64,000 bases of DNA from Squalus acanthias (Eukaryota): positions 65,412,001 to 65,476,000 of the forward strand of contig CM059438.1 of NCBI GenBank assembly GCA_030390025.1, given 5' to 3'. The position numbers were made by a program, and so were the translations under genes. Positions 56,872 to 64,000 of this stretch are shown one piece after another. Numbering within the stretch: the first letter of the stretch is position 1; the number at the start of each line of letters is the position of its first letter. Below the pieces are notes generated by a model. The model was given only the letters and a program-made list of their open reading frames with translations, searched no databases and was not told where the DNA came from.

Positions 56872-58683
56872 TCATGGGGCACTATTAGACGGTCCTGCGG
56901 CACCTACGGGGCCGGTTGCGACCGCCACCTGTCCACGCGCATTTAAAACCATCTTGCGCATGACTCCTAACACTGCCTCAAGGTCTTCGGGAGAGGTGGG
57001 TACCTTTGCCTCCTTAGCCGGGACAGGCGCCTGGGCTCGGACCGCGGGATTCTTATCCTTGGAATCCTTCCAAGGGTTCCTGCAGTGCTTGCGCCAGTGC
57101 CCTGTCTTCCCGCACCCGTAACAGGCATTGCTTGCCGGTGGGGCGCGATTACCCTCCTGATGCCACTCTCTTTGAGCCGGGGCTGCGGGTCGTACCTCAT
57201 GCACTTTTCCCTTAAAAGGACGTGTTGCCATACCCCTTATGTTACGGTAACCTAACGTGAGTCGATTCAAGACCGACTCTTCCGTAAGGTTGAGGTCATT
57301 GGGATCGAACCAGGCTTTTGCCTGCTCTCTAACGGCTGGTAAACTGTTGGCTATTATGCACCTAAGCCAATGAATTAAAGCGGCGCCTTCCACATCTTCG
57401 CGCTCGGGCGCACCTAGACAGCTGCGCTCATATACTGGCCACAGCCTGTCGGCAAAAACCTTCGGGGGTTCTCCCTCCATCTGCACTGTCTGTCCCACTC
57501 TAGCAAACGGACCTCCGTCGTTCGCTCCCACTACTTCTAGGACCTCATTTTTCAATTCCTCATAACTTTTATTACCCCTCTTGCTATCGCCTGAGAGACA
57601 CTGAAGGACCGAGCTATCTAACGAGAACAGCAGCATTTTTGCTGTCTCCCCATCATCGCAGCCGTTGATGGCTGCGGCTTGCTCAACTTCCCTAAAATGT
57701 ACGGAAGGGTCGTCTATCTCGGTCAGCTTCCTTACGTGGTTTATCATGGCCCTCAGCTGATGTGAACTGTGAGGCAACACCAGCTGTCCGAGGAGATCCC
57801 CCGGTTCTTCCCCACCGTTTCTGCTTGGGCCCCTTTTAATCCCCGTTACTGGATACAACGATCCCTTTTCTACCTCTTTTTCAACGGGCTCTTTCGCTTC
57901 TTCCGTTGCTTCCTCCCTAACCCAGGTTTCTGAATAGCTGGGTGGCGCGGAGGGCGCAGTGGCTACTACCTCTTCTGCTTTACTTGGTGGGGAATTTCTA
58001 AATCTCTCATTTACTAGCGGCTGGCGTGCCGACGGATTGATAAGGCACACCATGCCGTTCGCATTATTCACGGCCTTTTTGAGGCTCTCTATCTCCTTTT
58101 CGCAGGCGCTATGGTCGGCTCCCTGAAACTTATCCTCAAGGGCCAACTTATACGCCGACCTAACCCCCATTAAGCTCTCTTCTTGAGTTCTTATCTGGGC
58201 AGCTTGACGGTTACATCTGTCCTTCATCCTATTCTCGTTTAATTTTGCTTCAGTGATCTGGCACTCGAGATACTCTACCCTTGTTTTAAGGTAGCTGGAG
58301 ACTTCCTGGCTTTCCTGGCGTAACTCATTTAAACTCTTAATGAGCACCTCCCCTCCAGAAACCTTCTCCTCCATTTCCTCCTCTAACTGCTTGATTCGAG
58401 CGGTTAGCGCTGTATTGGTCTGGTTAGAAATCTGAACCTGCCTTTTGTAGCACATAAGCCAGACTGCTTTCTCAACTGCCTTTTTATGCTCCTTACTATC
58501 CGTCCATCTTTCAGCTGCCTCTAGTGGGCTCTTATCCGCTAACAATTCGCTTATCCACTTTTTCGTTAGATTAACCTTTCCAAACACGTAATCCGCTATC
58601 TTTTCCTGCATCACATTTCGTACAGTCATTCCAAAGTCCAACACACCACCCTCTCGCTGCCAATGTCCTGCCGCGGTCGCCAT
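56872..58683 (-). CDS. gag: Gag (coiled-coil N-terminal half, late domains, capsid, one CCHC knuckle)
   Basis: 603-aa ORF upstream of pol; CYGCGKTGHWRKHC; PSAPPSY. Confidence 0.92.
   Translation of the reverse strand: MATAAGHWQREGGVLDFGMTVRNVMQEKIADYVFGKVNLTKKWISELLADKSPLEAAERWTDSKEHKKAVEKAVWLMCYKRQVQISNQTNTALTARIKQLEEEMEEKVSGGEVLIKSLNELRQESQEVSSYLKTRVEYLECQITEAKLNENRMKDRCNRQAAQIRTQEESLMGVRSAYKLALEDKFQGADHSACEKEIESLKKAVNNANGMVCLINPSARQPLVNERFRNSPPSKAEEVVATAPSAPPSYSETWVREEATEEAKEPVEKEVEKGSLYPVTGIKRGPSRNGGEEPGDLLGQLVLPHSSHQLRAMINHVRKLTEIDDPSVHFREVEQAAAINGCDDGETAKMLLFSLDSSVLQCLSGDSKRGNKSYEELKNEVLEVVGANDGGPFARVGQTVQMEGEPPKVFADRLWPVYERSCLGAPEREDVEGAALIHWLRCIIANSLPAVREQAKAWFDPNDLNLTEESVLNRLTLGYRNIRGMATRPFKGKVHEVRPAAPAQREWHQEGNRAPPASNACYGCGKTGHWRKHCRNPWKDSKDKNPAVRAQAPVPAKEAKVPTSPEDLEAVLGVMRKMVLNARGQVAVATGPVGAAGPSNSAP
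58665..58682 (-). other. Primer-binding site, tRNA-Arg(TCG)-type
   Basis: TGGCGACCGCGGCAGGAC, 5 nt from the LTR; complement of the 3' end ...GTCCTGCCGCGGTCG-CCA that I recall for vertebrate tRNA-Arg(TCG). Confidence 0.8.
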
Positions 58684-58687
58684 TTTC

Positions 58688-60301
58688 TGTAAGGGATACT
58701 CTCCTGACCCTGCGTGTCTCGTAGCCTGTGAGATTCACGCGGCTCTGTGCAGCCTGTATGTCAGTGCGGGTCTAGGCCTGGTCTCCAGCCAGTCTGGGAA
58801 CACTAGACACCCCTGTGAGTGGTTCGAATCACTCTCCCTTACGGTTCTAGACACTGGACTTAGATGCGAGAGCAGTAATGGAGATAAAACTCATGTAGAC
58901 TTGGTTTGAACGGTACGAAATGGAAAATCTTTATTGCATGATACTTAAAATTATGAAATACATGTCATATGCACAGATTAATGACAGTACAATCTTACAA
59001 ACAGTTATAATCACTCTTAGGGAAACGAGGAACGACCAGCACAACGTAAATAGGGCACACATTACAAATATCCTTAAATTAAACCCTCCCCTATCAATAA
59101 CTATCCTAAAACTAGCTTCGTAGGATCCCGAGACTCATGCTCACCACTCGTAATAACTCGGAGAAATCCCGAATAGCTGATCGGATGTTTTTCACCGCAG
59201 CACCCACGTGTTGGTCAGGAGATCTCCTGGTCCCACTTGTTTACTGCTTCTGCTGCTCGGTCAGTCGGCTGGACCGTCCGCTGTAGTGAAGACCTCTGTT
59301 GGTGGACTTTACAGTTCAGTCGAGGAGCACCGTTGTCAATATCATTGATACGATGTGTTTGCACAGTCCAGTTATCATCGATGCAATATGTCTTGTTAAA
59401 GAAGAAAACTTCGTTGTCAAGAAGACTTGGCTGATCGACCTACAGGCGCGGTCGGGATTTACTGACCGTGGCGATGGATAAGGTCTTCTTCTCTTCTCCT
59501 CTCATCTCATCTCATCTCATCTCATCTCATCCCGGGCCTTCGGTTCCGCTGCCAGCTACCACCATAGGTCTTTGCAACAGTCTTTTACCCAGGAGCAGCC
59601 ACGAGGTTAACAGCAGCAAGCGGCAAGAGTCACGAACACGAGGCAGGAGCAAGAATCAAGTCAAGAGGCAAGGATCAAGAGACAGAATGGACGGTTTGGG
59701 CCTGCAATTATAGTGCACAGTTCTTCCGTTTCCCGCCCAACTATAATGTCCATTCTTTTGTTTAAGGTTTGGCGCCCAAAAAGTCCTGTATGGGTGATCT
59801 CTGTCTTTAATGGGTTTCGGGGCTACTCCTGAATGTTTGAGTACCTGTTAATACTTCTCCCATTGTTAAATCGGTCGGTGTTCCCCCTGGAGGGGTTTGG
59901 GGCTTCCAAGTGTCCTGCATAACTACCTGCTAACGGCTCTCTCATCGTAGAGCCGTTGGGAGTTTACATATTAATGTCCTTTGGATGGGCCCTTGATGGC
60001 TTTCCTTTGTACCTGGGAGACCGATTCCAGTATCGATGTTTATACTGTAAACCCATAATGTCCTGTGTAATGTCTTCACTGTGCTGAATCGTTATCGATC
60101 TTGCAAGAATGTTTATTGGAACGCCATCTTGTCTGCCTGCCGAAAAGTCTCGAATGTTCTGTCACGCGGTGCGGCGGCCATTTTACAGGCTGCTTGTGTC
60201 CAATTTAAACCTGACAGCATTCCGCTGAAATAAAGCTGTTTTGAATGAAACTTGTGTTTTCTCCTTAATAAAATGAAATCGCGATAATTGCGAATTCTAC
60301 A
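58688..60301 (-). repeat. 5' LTR of copy B (1,614 bp)
   Basis: Direct repeat of 47273-48886. Confidence 0.97.
59708..59738 (-). promoter_or_regulatory. Candidate LTR promoter (GC box GGGCGGG plus TATAA)
   Basis: Both motifs and their spacing are conserved in the otherwise diverged copy A LTR (~7061-7092). Confidence 0.5.
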
Positions 60302-60759
60302 CCTACATTGGCTCCCGGTTAAGCAACGCCTCGATTTCAAAATTCTCATCTTTGTTTTCAAATCCCTCCATGGCCACGCCCCTCCCTATCTCTGTAATCT
60401 CCTTTAGCCCCACAAACCCCCCGAGATATCTGCGCTCCTCTAATTCTGCCCTCTTGAGCATCCCTGATTATAATCGCGCAACCATTGGTGGCCGTGCCTT
60501 CAGCTGCCTAGGCCCTAAGCTCTGGAATTCCCTGCCTAAACCTCTCTGCCTCGCTACCTCTCTTTCCTCCTTTAAGACGCTCCTTAAAACCTACCTCTTT
60601 GACCAAGCTTTTGGTCACGTGCCCTAATTTCTCCTTATGTGGCTCGGTGTCAAATTTTTTGTCTACTAAAACTCCTGTGAAGCGCCTTGGGACGTTTTAT
60701 TACATTAAAGGTGCTATATAAATACAAGTTGTTGTTGTTGTTGAAACACACAACAGATC

Positions 60760-61025
60760 CACCAGCATCTGAAAAGAGAAATGATAGTTTCACATTTTCA
60801 ATGTAGACCCTTCATCAGAACTAGAAGATAACCGAGCCCTTTATAGGACTGAACAAAATGAAGTGGAGAGGGGAGAATAGAAGATAAAAGCCAGGAGTCA
60901 GGTATGCTAAACACTATTACAAAGAATGAGTCTGAAATGTTAACCTGTCTTATTTCAAATGCTGACTGACCTCCTTGTGTTTCCAGCATTTTCTGTCTTT
61001 ATTTCCAGTTTCAAGCATTTTACCG
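60760..61025. mobile_element. Degenerate PLE pseudo-LTR remnants in inverted arrangement
   Basis: Minus-strand agttctgatgaagggtc (hammerhead-like) near 60805-60822 and plus-strand gaaatgttaac...ccagcattttctg; similar to 27259-27390. Confidence 0.45.
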
Positions 61026-61039
61026 CTCGTTTCTTTTTG

Positions 61040-61471
61040 TGTTTTTTCCAACAATACTTCTCGATTTCAAAATTCTCATCCTTGTTTTCAAATCCCTCCA
61101 TGGCCTCGCCCCACCCTATCTCTGTAATCTCCTCCAGCCCCACAACCCCCCGAGATATCTGCGCTCCTCTAATTCAGCCCTCTTTAGCATCCCTGATTAT
61201 AATCGCGCAACCATTGGTGGCCGTGCCTTCTGTTGCCTGGGCCCTAAGCTCTGGAATTCCCTGCCTAAACCTCTCCGCCTCGCTACCTCGCTCTCCTCCT
61301 TTAAGACACTCCTTAAAACCTAACTCTTTGACCAAGCTTTTGGTCACCTGCCCTAATTTCTCCTTATGTGGCTCGTTCTCAATTTTTTTGTCTTAAAATA
61401 CTCCTGTGCAGCACCTTGGGACATTTTACTACGTTAACGGTGCTACATAAATACAAGTTGTTGCTGTTGTT
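61040..61471 (+). mobile_element. L2 LINE 3' fragment
   Basis: Near copy of 60330-60743 (FKILILVFKSLHGLAP...LWNSLP) with (GTT)n tail. Confidence 0.85.
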
Positions 61472-61938
61472 ATAAAGCAAGGTCAAAAACAGGTTAACAC
61501 TAAAATGAGACAGTTCATTGGCCTGAGGAACACTCTTTTCTGATGAAGAAAAGTCTTCACTTGGCAGTGCCATTGTCACAGCATGTTTATTCAATGCAAA
61601 TGTCAGTCAAAATTCTGCAACATTTCCAAGTTAAAGGAACAGATATCTTGCTGGGCTGTCGCTTTTAGTGACCAGTACTCCCATGTTTACAGGCTGAATG
61701 CTTTCTCCGCAAATAAATAAATACTTGGTACAGCTGAGAATAAATGACCAGACGGCACTTGATTTCCAAAGAGCAAAAAAGCAACAGCAGTGATTTGAAT
61801 AGATATACAAACAGGTCCCTTGTCACTTCAGCACAGCTCCCCCACACTTTGCTACCTGTAATGATTTTTTTAAGGCTCATGTAAGTAGGGAGCTTTCATA
61901 AACTGCAAAAACCCAGGGAGGGTCTGCATGGATGAGAA

Positions 61939-62803
61939 GGCCAGAATTTTGCCGGCGCTCAGGGGGCGGGTTTGGAGGCGTGACCTCCGGCAAAATCGCA
62001 AAGATTGACAGCAGGCAGGAAACCCGCTGTCAACCTGCCTCCAATCAATCTTCCCGAGTGTCGGGTCCCCGATTTGCATATGGACCCGACACCTAGCGGC
62101 GGGAAGAGGATTATAGCCACTTAACTGCCTGTTAAAGGGTGTTAACAGGCTCTTTTTCAATTTTGACACTTCTACTTCGGGCTTCCCAACATCCAGACAC
62201 CACGCCAGGTAAGTGTGGCGTGTTGTGAGTCTGCTGTAATGTTTCTGCATTGATGACAGCTGCAGAAGTGGTGTGAAGGATCCAATGGTGCACTGGTGAG
62301 TCTCAGAGGTAAGAAAATGTTGGGAAATTCATTTTTAATGCATTTAGACTTTTCTGTAGGTAACAAGTTTCGACTTGTATGTCTACTCCCACCTCATTGG
62401 GAGAACCTCTCTCACCAGTGACAGATCGCTACTGTAACCTCACCTGCAGCTGCCATCTGTTCTAGCCTAAGGAGGGAGTTACTGGTGAGCCTGGGTGCAA
62501 GAACTCACCTGTGAACAGTCATTGTCAGTGTTTGCAGCACCTCAATGCTGTCAAACACTGAGAAATGAGCTGTCAAAGAAAAATTGTGCGTGGCCCCTTT
62601 AAGAAAATCGGCAGCTGACTCGTCATCAAATGATATCATCCGACCAGCTTCTTCTTAGTTGGCCAGCAAGCCCGCAGGGCGGGCATAACAAGGTCAATTG
62701 ACGTAAAATCATGTCCGTGGGCCGGATGAAGTTGGGGGCGGGACTGGAACCCGGAAACCAGCTGACCCGCTCCCAAGCCGCATCGATCGAGAAAATCGCG
62801 GCT
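61939..62803. mobile_element. PIF/Harbinger-type MITE, copy 2 (inverted relative of 32619-33485)
   Basis: TIRs GGCCAGAATTTT...AAAATCGCGGCT; TSD GAA/GAA. Confidence 0.78.
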
Positions 62804-64000
62804 GAAGTCTCAGTAACAATCCCGACCTGCAGAATGAACTTCCCGTTCAAGGCGTTTCTTCATCACTGGATTAACTGTAAGCCTCTTTGATCATGTAGTT
62901 CTTTTAACTTGAGATCTCTTATTGGGATAGTTTTGTCCTGTACATGAAGGTTAGAAGGCATCTGCAGCAATGCTACAATCGTGGAAAATGGACGTTCTTC
63001 ATTCCCAGTGACATTTGCCTGGATAGGAATATTTACATACTTTTGAATGCTTTTAAAATAATTTCCATGATCTTTTTGATTTTGCAAAGGACTGGACTGC
63101 CCAAGGGAGGCATTGGGGGCTGATTGAATTAGTAAATTCAAGAGCAATTTGGATAAGAAAGAAGGGAAGAACTTTATGTAACACCTTTCATAACCTCAGG
63201 ACGTTCCAAAGCGCTTCACAGCCAATAAGGTACTTTTGAAGTGTAGCCACTGTTCTAAAGTACCTGAAGAAAAAATTGATAGAGGAGTATGAGAGGTATC
63301 GTTTACACTGAGACTGGCTTGATGGACTGCAGTGGTCCTTCCTAGGCCTATACATCCCTTTGCTCCTTTGGGAGGGAGAGTGGGTGTTAGCTGTTGTTGT
63401 TCTGATCCATTTACATTGAGGAGGTGATTTTAGCAACGCTCTGGATTTCATAACACAGTATTTCCAATCACATTACAGTTTGGTTACACACGCGAGAGTT
63501 TTGGAAGTGAAAGCACTTGCAGCAAGGCAAGGAGCAGAGTCTAGTTTCAGAAACTTGACTTGTTGAATATAGTCTTTCTCCAAATGAGTAGCTTCGAGCA
63601 AAACCAAGCACACATACAGTGCACGCTGAGAAATATTGTGACATTTTGTTCTGTGAAATCTGATTGCTGTGAACTTGGACCTTCTAGGGAGACAGAACAT
63701 CACTAATAATGTCAAAACCAATCACAATGTGAGTTGGTTTACCAGTGAGAAGGAATGTAAGGCCAATGCTTTGTCCCAGACAGATCAACTTTGATTAATG
63801 TAGCCCCAGTGAAGGCAGCATGTGTTGTTTGAGCATGAGCATTTAGTAACAGTCCCTTATGTAACAATGTTTTAATGAGGAAGAATCTGTCAGATTAACA
63901 GTCTGAAACTTGGAGTTTGTTAGCAGAGGTTGAGCTGTTGTACATAGAAAGAATAAAGTGTTTCCATTTATATAGCACTTTATCATGACTTCAGGATGCT

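Larger units (their letters stand above)
47273..60301 (-). mobile_element. Intact env-bearing endogenous retrovirus (lokiretrovirus-like), copy B, 13,029 bp
   Basis: LTR-PBS-gag-pol-env-PPT-LTR with all frames open; TSD CCTA at 47269-47272 and 60302-60305. Confidence 0.96.
46776..60743 (+). mobile_element. L2 LINE 3' part (46776-47272 plus 60302-60743), split by the provirus
   Basis: L2 RT C-terminus (IHAFVTSRLDYSN, HSPITPVLADL|HWLP, GGRAFS, LWNSLP) and (GTT)n tail; rejoins at CCTA. Confidence 0.88.

Noticed and set aside
63473..63721. Possible minus-strand exon after a ctccctag acceptor
   Set aside because: No recognisable product in any frame

Overview
Repeat-dense vertebrate genomic DNA with no recognisable host gene. 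The CR1/L2/Penelope/Deu-like SINE/Harbinger mix suggests a cartilaginous fish (inference). The main object is an apparently intact 13,029-bp envelope-bearing provirus on the minus strand (47273-60301). It has two 1,614-bp LTRs that look identical, a 4-bp CCTA target-site duplication inside an L2 LINE, and a tRNA-Arg(TCG)-type PBS overlapping the first gag ATG. Gag and pol are in one frame, separated only by TGA-CTAG (readthrough context). Pol has a dead plus an intact RNase H and a long post-integrase tail. Env is an F-type (non-orthoretroviral) class I fusion protein preceded by an immunoglobulin-like domain. This fits a lokiretrovirus-like lineage. A second, mutated member of a sister subfamily lies on the + strand at 1-8085, cut by the window edge. 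Between them are nested CR1 LINEs, Harbinger transposons and MITEs, Penelope-like elements with minimal hammerhead ribozymes, SINEs and two minisatellites. All comparisons were made by eye; no database searches were run.
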